A stretch of 64,000 nt of DNA from Alphaproteobacteria bacterium (GCA_965246875.1 CBDFFU010000003.1:338771-402770), one strand, 5' to 3'. Counted from the first letter of the stretch, positions 46,069-56,737 are shown. Program-made: numbers and translations. The notes: generated by a model not told the origin, from the letters alone.

Positions 46069-46500
46069 TTATTTATGCACCGCAGCCGCAGCGTGTGGCA
46101 TAGGCGGTGGAGGAGACATGGAGGATGCCTCGTCTTTGCCCATGGGAGGAGGCGGTGGTGGCATTTCACCGGCCATCTCTGGTGGTGGTAATGCTTCATG
46201 ACCATCGTGGGTCATGGCCATCGGCGGCGGCGGTTTCGGGATGCCTTTGGCAATCATACAGGCATCCATGGCAGCATGATCCGGTTTGCCCGTTGCATCT
46301 TTGGCGACTGAGCCGCTACAGCTGGCTATTGCGGCTTCGATCATTGCTTTATCGGGCATGACACCAGGTGCAGAGGAAGACGATTTTACCATTTCACTGC
46401 TGGAGGATGAGGTCGTGGTACTGACAACATCCGCGGCAAAGGCGCCGCTGGCGAAACAGGTGGTCAGAAAAAGGGCCGCAAAAAAATTAGATGAACGCAT
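46069..46500 (-). CDS. Secreted Pro/Met/His-rich protein
   Basis: Sec signal MRSSNFFAALFLTTCFASGAFA/AD. The C-terminal half is PPPPMAMTHDGHEALPPPEMAGEMPPPPPPMGKD...PPPPMPH. Confidence 0.6.
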   Translation of the reverse strand: MRSSNFFAALFLTTCFASGAFAADVVSTTTSSSSSEMVKSSSSAPGVMPDKAMIEAAIASCSGSVAKDATGKPDHAAMDACMIAKGIPKPPPPMAMTHDGHEALPPPEMAGEMPPPPPPMGKDEASSMSPPPPMPHAAAAVHK

Positions 46501-46624
46501 GAGAACTCCTAAACGGGGGCAGATTATTTATGATATGACATAATGTTGAACAAGCTGTTAAGCCGGTTCTGGTCGAGTCAGGATTGGTTTTGTATAGTGA
46601 TATTGCAAACAAAGTGAGTGTGTG

Positions 46625-47077
46625 ATGATACCATGTCGCGAATTAAAACCAGCCGACCGTGAAGCAGCAATTGATATCATTGCTGCCTGCTTTGGTGAAA
46701 CAAAACGGCAAGCCGGGGCAGAGGATATTGAGTCATCACTAAGTCAGGATAGCTATCGCGCCACGACATTTGTGGCGACCGATGCGCAAGGTCAAATAAT
46801 TGGTATGATCCAGTCGATCAGTGGCTATATCGCGTTTAACTTACGCTGTTTCGCCTGGCTGGCTGTATTGCCCGACTATCGAGGCAAGGGTATTGGCAAA
46901 CTCTTGTTACACCATGCCGAGCAGCAAGCAATTACAGAGCATTTCGCCGGTCACGCCGGCACGTTCATGCTATCAGCACAATTTCATCCACCTTACTATG
47001 AGTCAGTTGGATATCATAGTGGCGGCGTGACGCATGACGGCAATCCCATTCTGGTGAAACATTATCAACCGGATTAA
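46625..47077 (+). CDS. GNAT-family N-acetyltransferase
   Basis: Acetyl-CoA motif LAVLPDYRGKGIGKLLLHHAE. Confidence 0.8.
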   Translation: MIPCRELKPADREAAIDIIAACFGETKRQAGAEDIESSLSQDSYRATTFVATDAQGQIIGMIQSISGYIAFNLRCFAWLAVLPDYRGKGIGKLLLHHAEQQAITEHFAGHAGTFMLSAQFHPPYYESVGYHSGGVTHDGNPILVKHYQPD

Positions 47078-47144
47078 AATTGTCTTTTGGTCTGATCCTG
47101 TTACGATTAGCCATCTTTAAAATAGTTTTATAAGAGAATTTACC

Positions 47145-47717
47145 ATGTCAGACGCCGTGTTTATCCATGAAAGCGCCTATGTCGATGAGCCGACGACAAT
47201 AGGCGTGGGATCAAAAGTGTGGCACTTCGCGCATATTCTGCCGCGCTGTACCATCGGGACGAACGTGACTATCGGGCAAAACGTTGTGGTTGGCCCGGAT
47301 GTGACGATTGGCAACAATTGCAAGATCCAAAACAATGTCAGCGTCTATAAGGGCGTCGAACTGGAAGATGGCGTGTTTTGCGGCCCGAGTTGCGTGTTTA
47401 CCAATGTCAATAATCCGCGTTCCGAAATTAACCGCCAAGGCGAATTTCGTGCGACGCCAGTGCGTCGTGGCGCGACGATTGGCGCGAATGCCACCATCGT
47501 GTGCGGCCATGAATTGGGCGCCTATTGTTTTATCGCCGCCGGTGCCGTCGTCACCAAAGACGTGCCGCCCTTTGCCTTGATGGCCGGCGTTCCCGCCAAA
47601 CGTATCGGCTGGGTCAGCCATGATTGTGAAAAACTCGGGCCGGACCTGGTCTGCCGGGCCACCGGACGGCGTTATCGTGAAACCGGCAAAGACCGCCTGG
47701 AAGAAATTACCGGCTGA
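47145..47717 (+). CDS. wbpD: Hexapeptide-repeat N-acetyltransferase, WbpD/WlbB-like
   Basis: Left-handed beta-helix repeats and the C-terminal GVPAKRIGW. Its context with WbpA/B/E-like genes supports the call. Confidence 0.65.
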   Translation: MSDAVFIHESAYVDEPTTIGVGSKVWHFAHILPRCTIGTNVTIGQNVVVGPDVTIGNNCKIQNNVSVYKGVELEDGVFCGPSCVFTNVNNPRSEINRQGEFRATPVRRGATIGANATIVCGHELGAYCFIAAGAVVTKDVPPFALMAGVPAKRIGWVSHDCEKLGPDLVCRATGRRYRETGKDRLEEITG

Positions 47718-48902
47718 TTACGCGCTGATGGCAGCTGTGGCAGACACATTTGCTTTCTGCTTCATCACGGGCAACACTTCACGCACACAATTAATAATGT
47801 AATCCTGTGTTGCGGTATCCATGTATGGATGCATCGGCAGGCTCAACACTTGTGCTGCCAGTTTTTCAGCCACCGGCAAGATGTTCGTCGCGCGCGGGAA
47901 ATGCTGGTAGGCCGTTTGCTGATGCAACGGTTTGGGATAATACACCGCCGTTGGCACACCTTTGGCCTTCAGCTGTTCTGCGACACCATCACGATCCATA
48001 CCTTCAATGCGCAACGTGTATTGCGCCCAGCTGGAGGTATTGTCGGCACGTAAGGTTGGTGTGATCGCCACATCGCTCAAGGCTTCGTTGTAACGTGTAG
48101 CGACTTTTTGGCGGTCAAGCAATTCCTGTGGAAACAGTTTCAGTTTCTCGATTAGTACCGCGGCCTGCAGGGTATCCAGACGGGCGTTCAAACCGATACG
48201 CGCATTGTCGTATTTGTGCGTGCCTTTGCCGTGCACGCGAATGGACTGCAAGGTCTGCGCCAAGGCATCGTCGTCGGTAAAACACGCGCCGCCGTCGCCA
48301 TAGCAACCCAGTGGTTTGGCCGGGAAAAAGCTGGTGGCGGTGGCCAGACCAATCGTGCCGACATCGCGGCCCTGGTACGACGCGCCAAAGCTTTGTGCGG
48401 CATCAGCCAGCAACCACACATCATGCTTGGCGCAAATCGCCTCAATCTCGGTGTAATCGGCAGGCTGGCCAAACAGGTCGACGCTGATGACGCAACGCGG
48501 CGTCAAATTATTGTCACGCGTCACTTTAATCGCTTGTTGCAAGCTTTTGCTGCACATGTTGAAGCTGTCAGGTTGAATATCGACCATGACCGGCGTCGCG
48601 CCGCACAACGCCACCGCTTCGGCCGTCGCGGCAAAGGTAAAGGTTGGCACAAAGACGGCGTCACCCGGACCGATATTTTTCGCCATCAAAATCATCACCA
48701 GTGCATCGGTGCCATTGGCACAGGAAATACAATGTTTGGCACCGCAAAAATCCGCCAGCTGTTTTTCAAGCGCTGCAACTTCCGGCCCCATGATATAGCC
48801 ACCGTGATTGACGACATCTAAAATCGCCGTGTCGACAGCCTGACCCATTTTGAGGCGCTGGGCGTTGAGGTCGATGAATTGAATCGGATCTTGGCGGGTC
48901 AT
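47718..48902 (-). CDS. wbpE: DegT/DnrJ/EryC1-family PLP aminotransferase, WbpE/WlbC-like
   Basis: 394-aa DegT-type fold (IQFIDLNAQ...). It lies adjacent to the WbpB-like oxidoreductase. Confidence 0.65.
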   Translation of the reverse strand: MTRQDPIQFIDLNAQRLKMGQAVDTAILDVVNHGGYIMGPEVAALEKQLADFCGAKHCISCANGTDALVMILMAKNIGPGDAVFVPTFTFAATAEAVALCGATPVMVDIQPDSFNMCSKSLQQAIKVTRDNNLTPRCVISVDLFGQPADYTEIEAICAKHDVWLLADAAQSFGASYQGRDVGTIGLATATSFFPAKPLGCYGDGGACFTDDDALAQTLQSIRVHGKGTHKYDNARIGLNARLDTLQAAVLIEKLKLFPQELLDRQKVATRYNEALSDVAITPTLRADNTSSWAQYTLRIEGMDRDGVAEQLKAKGVPTAVYYPKPLHQQTAYQHFPRATNILPVAEKLAAQVLSLPMHPYMDTATQDYIINCVREVLPVMKQKANVSATAAISA

Positions 48903-48925
48903 GTGGTCATTCTTTCTGTGTAAAA

Positions 48926-49912
48926 CTAGGCGGCTTTGGCAAGTATGTGCGGCTGCTGACCGGTCTGGGCCAGAATGCGCAACACGCGCAAGCCTTCATG
49001 CCCATCAGTTAATGGTGTTGTGTTATTGGCAATGCAATCGACGAAATGCCGGCACTCGGCGCGCAGCGGTTCGCTCTCTGTAACATCGATCAAAACAGCA
49101 TCGTTCTTGGTCAAGGTTGGTGGCGTTGTCGTGGTATCCATGCCATGCGGATAAACTTTCAGTTTTTCCGCGAATGGCAGGCTGTCTTCGAATACCGCCA
49201 TGCCTTTGTCACCGATCACGGTCAGACGCTGCTCTTTAAACGGGCTGAGCCACGACGTGTGAATATGGGCGGTGACATTGTTCGGAAAGGTCAGATCGAT
49301 AAAGCCGATATCGGCAATGCCGGGTTGCAGCACCGCGTTCGATGAATGCGTGACAGACGTCGGTTCGGTGCCGGTCAACGCCATGATCATCGACAGATCG
49401 TGTGGTGCAAAACTCCACAGCACGTTTTCTTCATGCCGGATTTTACCGAGGCTCATGCGGTTGGAATCGATATGACGGATCGTGCCAAGTGTGCCCTCCG
49501 TCACCAGTTTCTTGAGAGCTGTGAAACACGGATGATAATTGAGAATATGGCCCACCATCAGACGGCGGTCCTGTTTCGCGGCAGCGGCAATAATTTTCTC
49601 GGCGTCAGGAATAGTCAAGGCCAGCGGTTTTTCCACAAACAGATGTTTGCCGGCCGCCAGAGCTTCCAGCGCCATCGGTGCATGCAACGCGGCAGGTGTC
49701 GCCAACGCAATGCCGGTAACGGCGGGATCAGCCAGCAGTTCGGCCCAGCTTTTAGCCGGCACGTTATACTGTGTGGCGAATTGGCTGGCGGTATCAGGAT
49801 TGGCATCGGACACAGCGGCCAGAGCATCAAGACCGGCAAAGGCTTTGATGAGATTTTTGCCCCAGTAGCCACAGCCACTGACAGCAATTTTAATCGTTTG
49901 AGAGTTCGTCAT
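48926..49912 (-). CDS. wbpB: Gfo/Idh/MocA oxidoreductase, WbpB/WlbA-like
   Basis: N-terminal Rossmann motif IAVSGCGYWGKN, 328 aa, and the operon context. Confidence 0.65.
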   Translation of the reverse strand: MTNSQTIKIAVSGCGYWGKNLIKAFAGLDALAAVSDANPDTASQFATQYNVPAKSWAELLADPAVTGIALATPAALHAPMALEALAAGKHLFVEKPLALTIPDAEKIIAAAAKQDRRLMVGHILNYHPCFTALKKLVTEGTLGTIRHIDSNRMSLGKIRHEENVLWSFAPHDLSMIMALTGTEPTSVTHSSNAVLQPGIADIGFIDLTFPNNVTAHIHTSWLSPFKEQRLTVIGDKGMAVFEDSLPFAEKLKVYPHGMDTTTTPPTLTKNDAVLIDVTESEPLRAECRHFVDCIANNTTPLTDGHEGLRVLRILAQTGQQPHILAKAA

Positions 49913-50056
49913 GGCGGCGATTATGGGTGATTCCGCGCCTAAAAAAAAGAAAATTATGTGCCGTTTCTAAAGAAAATGTGAATTTTATTGACTTGAACCC
50001 GTCAAAAGGTTTATGAATAGCGCATTCCTTACACATGCTGCCGATCGTGGGTCTTT

Positions 50057-51427
50057 ATGCTTAAGTCATTGAAAACAGTACCGTCTGCAACTCCTGACCC
50101 GGTGTCGGCCCAAGAATTGAGCCAGAAAATAAAGACGCGTGAAGCAACCGTTGGCGTCATTGGCCTCGGTTATGTTGGCTTGCCCCTGGTTTTAGCTTTT
50201 GCCAAGCAAAACTTCAAATTAATCGGGTTTGATATTGACCAAACCAAAGTTGATGCCCTCAAAGCCGGCCAATCCTACATTCAACATATTCCGGGCGAAC
50301 CGCTGCAGGAGTTGGTCAGCAAGCAACAATTCATCCCGACAACTGACTTTACCAAAGTGCATGATGCCGACGTTTTGATCATTTGCGTCCCGACACCGTT
50401 GTCGAAAAACCGCATGCCGGATATGACCTATATCGAAAAAACCGGCCATGCGCTGAAAAAACACCTCCGTCCGGGACATTTTGTCGTGTTGGAATCGACG
50501 GTTTACCCAGGCACGACGACCGATATTCTCAAGCCGATTCTGGAAGAATCCGGCCTGGTCGAAGGCAAAGACTTCTTCCTGGCGTTTTCACCGGAACGCG
50601 AAGATCCAGGCAATAAAGATTACGATACGTCAACCATTCCAAAAGTTGTTGGTGCCGATTCCGCCGAAGGCCGCTTGCTGGTGACAACGCTTTATGGCGA
50701 AGTGATCAAAACCGTTGTGCCGGTTTCATCCAGTGCGACCGCTGAAGCCGTAAAACTCACCGAGAATATTTTTCGCTCCGTCAACATTGCTTTAGTGAAT
50801 GAACTGAAAGTGATTTACGGCATGATGGGGATTGATATTTGGGAAGTCATCGACGGTGCCAAGACCAAACCGTTCGGGTTCATGCCGTTTTATCCGGGTC
50901 CGGGCCTGGGCGGCCACTGTATTCCGATTGATCCATTCTATTTGACATGGAAAGCCCGTGAAGCGGATATTCCGACGCGATTTATCGAGCTGGCCGGTGA
51001 AGTAAATTCTGCCATGCCGATGCACACCGTGCGCGCGACATCTGATGCCATGAATGATAAACTGGGCAAAGCGATGAAAGGATCGAAGATCCTGGTTGTC
51101 GGTTTGGCTTATAAAAAGAATATCGATGACATGCGTGAAAGCCCGTCATTGAAAATCATCGAATTACTGGAAGATAAGGGTGCTGCTGTTGATTTCTACG
51201 ACCCGCATATCCCGACTGTCGTACCAACGCGTGAACACCCAGCTTTGACCGGCCGTCAATCGGTGACATTGGATGCCAAAACGATTCAATCCTATGACAC
51301 GCTGGTGATTTGCACCGATCACGACGTGATCGAGTGGAACCTGGTCGGCCAAAACGCGAAGCTAATCATCGATACGCGTAACGCCATGAAGAATGTGACG
51401 GATCGCAGCAATATTGTGAAAGCTTAA
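50057..51427 (+). CDS. wbpA: Nucleotide-sugar 6-dehydrogenase (UDP-GlcNAc/ManNAc dehydrogenase class, WbpA-like)
   Basis: GVIGLGYVGLPL and the catalytic region GLGGHCIPIDP, 456 aa. Confidence 0.75.
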   Translation: MLKSLKTVPSATPDPVSAQELSQKIKTREATVGVIGLGYVGLPLVLAFAKQNFKLIGFDIDQTKVDALKAGQSYIQHIPGEPLQELVSKQQFIPTTDFTKVHDADVLIICVPTPLSKNRMPDMTYIEKTGHALKKHLRPGHFVVLESTVYPGTTTDILKPILEESGLVEGKDFFLAFSPEREDPGNKDYDTSTIPKVVGADSAEGRLLVTTLYGEVIKTVVPVSSSATAEAVKLTENIFRSVNIALVNELKVIYGMMGIDIWEVIDGAKTKPFGFMPFYPGPGLGGHCIPIDPFYLTWKAREADIPTRFIELAGEVNSAMPMHTVRATSDAMNDKLGKAMKGSKILVVGLAYKKNIDDMRESPSLKIIELLEDKGAAVDFYDPHIPTVVPTREHPALTGRQSVTLDAKTIQSYDTLVICTDHDVIEWNLVGQNAKLIIDTRNAMKNVTDRSNIVKA

Positions 51428-51444
51428 GTTTTAAAAATACCGAT

Positions 51445-51476
51445 AAAAAAGGCGCCCGCATGAGGCGCCTTTTTTG
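51445..51476. terminator. Bidirectional rho-independent terminator
   Basis: AAAAAA-GGCGCC-CGCATGA-GGCGCC-TTTTTTG, between convergent genes. Confidence 0.8.
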
Positions 51477-51493
51477 TTGCTCGATTACGGTGT

Positions 51494-52642
51494 TTAGTGT
51501 GCGCGAACCTCTTTAGTCGCGCAGAATTTATCATAGAAGCTTTTCGGCACACGGTTCAGTTTCAACATGACCCAGAAAAACGGGCGGAACAATTCAAACC
51601 GGCGTTTGTAGGTTTTGTATTCCCAGTAATCCTTGATCGGTGATTGGGCCCAGGCGTCAAATTCGGCGTCGGAAAATTTCAGGCGTTTTTTCACCAAGTC
51701 GATAATGTCGGTCGGATAGGCTTGCGGTGTTTTCAATCTCTCCAAAGCTTCATTGCGTGTCATCTGACCAGAACGTACAAGGGCGGCATGTTCCCACAGC
51801 CGCGTATCCAGCTTGGCTTTTTGCGCGAAGACAAACAAATGGTTGAACGCTGTAAAACGGTTCTCTAAATGATGGCCGTTATACCATTCCCAGCCATAGG
51901 TGTCCTGCAGCATGATTTTGGCAGCGGCTTTATCGTAATCCATGTAATAGATCGGGCGAATGCGCTGCAGATTGCGTAGCGTATAACCAACGAATTTAAA
52001 GAACGGCAAGTTCGGGTATTTCTTCATCTTGCGCTGGCCGAATTTGTCGTGGACATCCTTGATGATGCGCCCGTCCATGTATATCCAGCCCAGTGGCGCC
52101 ACGCCTTCGGTGCGGAACGAGTGGCCGTTGATGATGTAACCGATATTGTGTTTGGTGGCGGCTTCATACAAGACGGAGGTCAGGCCGATATCGGTCGGCA
52201 TGTCGACTTCCTTGAGGCCCGACAAAATAAAGGCACGGAACAAATCGTCCATTTCTTTGTTGTCGCCCACATGGGTGTACAGATCGACGCCCAGCGGTTC
52301 CAGTACTTTATAGATGTTTTGCGTGGCAATTTCGGAATTCCACGTATTATCGAAATGAGCTGCCAGGACCCGTAGGTTGTATTTGGTGACCAAAACATGG
52401 GCGAGGTAAGACGAGTCACAGCCGCCACTGACACCCAAGACGCAATCGTATTTCTTGCCTTTGCCGGCTTTTTTCATTTCGTCGGCGAGGGCCTGGAGTT
52501 TTTTCTGGCCCTCTTCGCCGGACGGATAGGTCGCGCACATTTCATCATGCTGGTGACAGTAATTACACACATCCTTATCGTCGAACGTAATATTGGGGAG
52601 AGTTTCGTCGTAAATACAACGCGAGCAGATGTGTGTGGTCAT
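51494..52642 (-). CDS. wbpG: N-acetyl sugar amidotransferase (WbpG/WbuX family, PP-loop)
   Basis: N-terminal Cys pairs CSRC...CNYC and PP-loop GVSGGCDSSY. It is followed by HisF- and HisH-like genes. Confidence 0.75.
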   Translation of the reverse strand: MTTHICSRCIYDETLPNITFDDKDVCNYCHQHDEMCATYPSGEEGQKKLQALADEMKKAGKGKKYDCVLGVSGGCDSSYLAHVLVTKYNLRVLAAHFDNTWNSEIATQNIYKVLEPLGVDLYTHVGDNKEMDDLFRAFILSGLKEVDMPTDIGLTSVLYEAATKHNIGYIINGHSFRTEGVAPLGWIYMDGRIIKDVHDKFGQRKMKKYPNLPFFKFVGYTLRNLQRIRPIYYMDYDKAAAKIMLQDTYGWEWYNGHHLENRFTAFNHLFVFAQKAKLDTRLWEHAALVRSGQMTRNEALERLKTPQAYPTDIIDLVKKRLKFSDAEFDAWAQSPIKDYWEYKTYKRRFELFRPFFWVMLKLNRVPKSFYDKFCATKEVRAH

Positions 52643-52652
52643 GGGGCCTTTA

Positions 52653-53426
52653 TTATCGCGCTTGGGCAGCTTGCAGTATGTCGTCGATCAGAGGTCTCGT
52701 TGGGAAATTGATCAGAACGCCTCTTTCAATTCCTTTATAGACAAAGATACTGCCCGCAGCAACGGCAGAGGCCCCCCGGCGCAACGGCTGGTGAAGATCC
52801 TCCCGGCTGCCAGCCCCGCCACACGCAATCACCGGAATATTAACGTTTTTGGCGATCAGCTCGATCATCGCCAGATCATACCCCTGCCAGGTGCCGTCAC
52901 GGTCAACATCGTTCAGTAAAATCTCGCCAACACCTTGCCGTTCAAGCTGTCTGGCATAATCAACGGGCGACACGGGGATCTTCACCCGGCCCGAGGTGAT
53001 GTAGACGCACGGCTTACCGAACAAGTTACGTTTAATATCAATGGAGGCAACAATGGCCTGTGACCCATAGATATTAACGGCCTGGCGGATGAGGTCGGGT
53101 TGCAGATAGGCAGCGCTGTTCAAGACGACTTTCTCGATGCCGATGGAAAAAATGGTTTGAATGTCATCCAGATTATTCAAGCCGCCACCATAGGACAGCG
53201 GCACCCAGCATTCACTGGCCAGATTGCGGATGAGGTCAAAATCGGGCCGGCGTTTTTCGCGTGTGGCCGTAATATCCAGAATAACGATCTCGTCGACTTC
53301 GAACCGGTTGAACAGGTTGATGACATTCACCGGATCGCCGACATAGTGCGGTTTTTTGAATTTTGTCGTTTTGACAAACCCGCCATCGGCGATCAGCAAA
53401 CAGGGAATGATCCGTGGCAATAACAT
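52653..53426 (-). CDS. hisF: Imidazole-glycerol-phosphate-synthase cyclase-subunit paralogue (polysaccharide-cluster HisF)
   Basis: IIPCLLIADGGFVKTTKF...YVGDPVNVINLF and a (beta/alpha)8 pattern. Its location suggests a WbuZ/HisF2-type role rather than histidine biosynthesis. Confidence 0.75.
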   Translation of the reverse strand: MLLPRIIPCLLIADGGFVKTTKFKKPHYVGDPVNVINLFNRFEVDEIVILDITATREKRRPDFDLIRNLASECWVPLSYGGGLNNLDDIQTIFSIGIEKVVLNSAAYLQPDLIRQAVNIYGSQAIVASIDIKRNLFGKPCVYITSGRVKIPVSPVDYARQLERQGVGEILLNDVDRDGTWQGYDLAMIELIAKNVNIPVIACGGAGSREDLHQPLRRGASAVAAGSIFVYKGIERGVLINFPTRPLIDDILQAAQAR

Positions 53427-54053
53427 TTACAGCTCCGCGAAATTTTTCAGGAGCTGCAAGCCATAGCGATGGCTTTTCTCCGGGTGGAACTGCACACCGT
53501 AAATATTGTCGTGCTGGACGATCGATGGAAAGTCATAGCCGTAATAGGTCGTGCCGGCCGCATGGGTCGGATTGTCCAGTACATAGTGAAAGGAATGCAC
53601 GTGGTAAAAACGCGCTTCATCCAGCTCACTTAATAAACGTGAGTCGGGGTTGGTTTTGCGCACCGGGTTCCAGCCCATATGGGGAATTTTCAAGGACGGG
53701 TCGGTAAACGAAAAGCGGCGCACGTGACCGGGAATCCAGCCAAATCCAGTGGCTTCCGGGCTTTCTTCGCTGTCATTGGCCAGCAATTGCATGCCGAGGC
53801 AAATGCCCAGGATCGGAATCTTGTCCTGCAATATCTTGTGATTCAGTGCGTAGATAAAACCGCGGTCATTGAGGTTTTGCATGGCACGCCCAAACGCACC
53901 GACGCCCGGCAAAATAATTTTTTGCGCGTCCACCAGCTGATCGGGTGTCGTGATAATGCGCGCTTGTGTGCCACATTTTTTCAGCATGTTCGGAATGGCA
54001 CCGATATTGCCACAGCCATAATTGATGATGGTGATGGTATCAGTCTTGGCCAT
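53427..54053 (-). CDS. hisH: Glutamine amidotransferase subunit paralogue (polysaccharide-cluster HisH)
   Basis: ITIINYGCGNIGAI, the catalytic GICLGMQLL, and the C-terminal FHPEKS. Confidence 0.78.
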   Translation of the reverse strand: MAKTDTITIINYGCGNIGAIPNMLKKCGTQARIITTPDQLVDAQKIILPGVGAFGRAMQNLNDRGFIYALNHKILQDKIPILGICLGMQLLANDSEESPEATGFGWIPGHVRRFSFTDPSLKIPHMGWNPVRKTNPDSRLLSELDEARFYHVHSFHYVLDNPTHAAGTTYYGYDFPSIVQHDNIYGVQFHPEKSHRYGLQLLKNFAEL

Positions 54054-54615
54054 TGCTCAATTCACCATAAACCAACTCAATTTTATCACTGTCCACTGTT
54101 ATCATGCCAATCTTTTTCGCCGGATTGCCCGCCATGATGGTGCGGTCAGGAACGTTGCTGTTCACAAAACTATTGGCGGCGATCACGCATTGCGCACCGA
54201 TCGTCACGTTTTTATTGATGATCGACTGGCTGCCGATATAGGTGTTATCGCCAATCGACACGGGTCCGGTTGCCATTGGCAAGGTGCCACCACTCAATGT
54301 TTTAAGGATATTGTCATGCGTGTAGATATGGACATTGGCGGCAATGGTGCAACCATCACCGATGGTGACAGATGCAGCACTGCCATCCAGCATGACGCCC
54401 GGACCGATCCAGACATTCTCGCCGACGGTGATTTTGCCGAACACAAATGCGCTGTTGTAGATATTGCTTTTTGCTCCAAAGCCCAACCGTTCGGCGCGCT
54501 CCCAGCGGTCAAACATGGCGTCTTGAAACGGCAAATCCCGCTGGTACGTCTCTTGTAGTTCCTGGCTGCGCGCGATGTACAGGGCAGCAAGTTCGTCCTT
54601 AAGCGGCATTGTCAA
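54040..54615 (-). CDS. Hexapeptide-repeat acyltransferase (LacA/WbbJ-like)
   Basis: Left-handed beta-helix repeats and AGNPAKKIG. It overlaps both neighbouring genes. Confidence 0.7.
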   Translation of the reverse strand: MTMPLKDELAALYIARSQELQETYQRDLPFQDAMFDRWERAERLGFGAKSNIYNSAFVFGKITVGENVWIGPGVMLDGSAASVTIGDGCTIAANVHIYTHDNILKTLSGGTLPMATGPVSIGDNTYIGSQSIINKNVTIGAQCVIAANSFVNSNVPDRTIMAGNPAKKIGMITVDSDKIELVYGELSNGQD

Positions 54616-55594
54616 TATTCATGACGCGCTTGTAATAATCGGCGGTCAATGGAATGCCTTCTTCCAGATCCACTTCAGCGGTGAAGCCGATAATGTCGGT
54701 TGATTGGCGTGTGTCCGGCATCCGCAGTTCGATATCGGCATGCGTTTTTGTCTGGAATTTGATGTCCGATTTGGAATTTAAAATCCGCACGATCGCGTTT
54801 GCCAATCCGTAAATCGTCAGCGTTGATCGGGCATTGCCGATATTGAAAGACTTGCCGACCGCATCCGGGTTGGTCATGCAGATCATCGTTGCGCGCACCA
54901 TGTCTTCGACATAGCACCAGGCGCGGATCTGGCTGCCGTCGCCGTGAATTGTAATCGTTTCGTTTTTAATGGCCTTTTGCACGAAGATCGACAACGCGCC
55001 TTCGCCAACCTGACCCGGGCCATAAATATTGAACGGGCGGACGATCACGGTCGGCATCGCGTGTTTTTTGAAATAGGCATAGGCGTAATGTTCATTCGCC
55101 AGTTTTGACAATGCATAGGTCCAGCGTGCTTCGCCAACAGCACCAATGACCGCCGGTTTTTGTTCGTGGCTCATAAAGGATTCGCCGCCAAACACTTCGC
55201 TGGTCGAGAATAAGACGATGCGTTCCAAATCCTTGAGCAGGAGGCAAGCTTTCAGCACGTTGTTTGTGCCTTCGATATTGACGTTCAACGTGTTAACCGG
55301 GTCTTTAATCACCGTGTCAACACCGGCAATGGCGGCGCAATGCACCACATAATTTGGCTGATGCTCGGTGAACAGTGTTTCAAGCGTCGCCAGATCCATG
55401 ATGTCGCCCTTGATCAGCGTCAGGTTTTTGTGCGACAGGATGGCAGAATGCTGAATGGCGTTACGATCCAGGGTATCGAACGCAATAACTTTGTTGTCGG
55501 CCACCAATTGGGCTGCGAGTGTGGAGCCGATAAAACCGCCGCCGCCGGTGATCAGAATGGTTTTGTCTTTGATAGGCAAGGGGATCGTGGTCAC
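54599..55594 (-). CDS. NAD-dependent sugar epimerase/dehydratase (extended SDR)
   Basis: ILITGGGGFIGS and the catalytic YALSK. Confidence 0.8.
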   Translation of the reverse strand: MTTIPLPIKDKTILITGGGGFIGSTLAAQLVADNKVIAFDTLDRNAIQHSAILSHKNLTLIKGDIMDLATLETLFTEHQPNYVVHCAAIAGVDTVIKDPVNTLNVNIEGTNNVLKACLLLKDLERIVLFSTSEVFGGESFMSHEQKPAVIGAVGEARWTYALSKLANEHYAYAYFKKHAMPTVIVRPFNIYGPGQVGEGALSIFVQKAIKNETITIHGDGSQIRAWCYVEDMVRATMICMTNPDAVGKSFNIGNARSTLTIYGLANAIVRILNSKSDIKFQTKTHADIELRMPDTRQSTDIIGFTAEVDLEEGIPLTADYYKRVMNIDNAA

Positions 55595-55597
55595 GTT

Positions 55598-56737
55598 TTA
55601 AAAACTCCGTAAGGATTGAACAACATAAGCATAGTCGGCGGCAGACATTTTATTGTGCAGCGGCAAAGCCATGCTCTTGTCATAGCAGGCTTTCGCGCCC
55701 GGGCAATCAGCATCGGACAGCCCATAGCGATTTTTGTAATAGCCCAACATATGAATGGCCTGTGTGCCGGGGCGGGTGCCAATGCCTAAAGCCAGCAATT
55801 TATCCATGATGATATCGCGGGGGAATGGTGCTTTGTCCGGGTCAACCATCACGACATAGGCCTGCCACGAATGGGTCGCATAGGAGGGTGTTTCAGGTGC
55901 GGTGATCCAGGAAATATCCTGCAATTGCGTGTTATACCAGTTGGCCCACTGCTGACGCTCGGCGATAAAGCCCGGCAATTTTTGCAACTGCACGATGCCC
56001 ATGGCGGCTTGCACGTCCGTCATCCGATAATTGAAACCGACGACATCAAAATCGGCGAGAAGAGACGGGCGGCTGCCTTGTGTGCGCATGGCTTCGGATA
56101 CCGAAGCACCATGATTGCGCAATACGCCCATTTTTTCTTGCAGCATTGCATCGTTGGTGGTCACCATCCCGCCTTCGCCGGTGGTCAGCACCTTGCGCGG
56201 ATGGAATGAAAAGGCCGCCGCATCGGCCAAACCGCCGGCAAACTGCCCTTTATATTGGGCGCCAACGGCACAGGCGGCGTCTTCCAGAATAAACATATGC
56301 TCTGGTACGGCGGCTCTGACTGCGTCCATATCGGCACACAGGCCAAACAAGTGCACCGGAATGATCGCCTTGGTTTTCGCTGTCAGCTTCGCTTTGATCT
56401 GCTTGACGTCAATATTATATGTCGCTGGATCGACATCGATAAACACCGGAGTGGCACCGCAATATTCAACGGCATTGGCCGTCGCCACCCACGAAAAGGA
56501 TGGCACGATGACCTCGTCACCTGCTGTAATACCGGCAGCGGCCAGTGCCACATGCAACCCCGTGGTGCAGGATGTCACGGCCAGTGCATGTTTGACGTCA
56601 AACGCGGCGCAAAAATCTTTTTCAAACGCGGCGACGCGCGGCCCTTGGGTCAGCCAGCCGCTTTCGATCGGGCCTTTCATGGCCTGCCATTCAGCGTCAT
56701 CAACGGATGGCAAGGAAAGTGCGATCTGACGTGTCAT
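55598..56737 (-). CDS. DegT/DnrJ/EryC1-family PLP aminotransferase (second copy)
   Basis: 379-aa DegT-type pattern (ESGWLTQGP, FSFHPRKVLTTGEGGM). Confidence 0.8.
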   Translation of the reverse strand: MTRQIALSLPSVDDAEWQAMKGPIESGWLTQGPRVAAFEKDFCAAFDVKHALAVTSCTTGLHVALAAAGITAGDEVIVPSFSWVATANAVEYCGATPVFIDVDPATYNIDVKQIKAKLTAKTKAIIPVHLFGLCADMDAVRAAVPEHMFILEDAACAVGAQYKGQFAGGLADAAAFSFHPRKVLTTGEGGMVTTNDAMLQEKMGVLRNHGASVSEAMRTQGSRPSLLADFDVVGFNYRMTDVQAAMGIVQLQKLPGFIAERQQWANWYNTQLQDISWITAPETPSYATHSWQAYVVMVDPDKAPFPRDIIMDKLLALGIGTRPGTQAIHMLGYYKNRYGLSDADCPGAKACYDKSMALPLHNKMSAADYAYVVQSLRSF

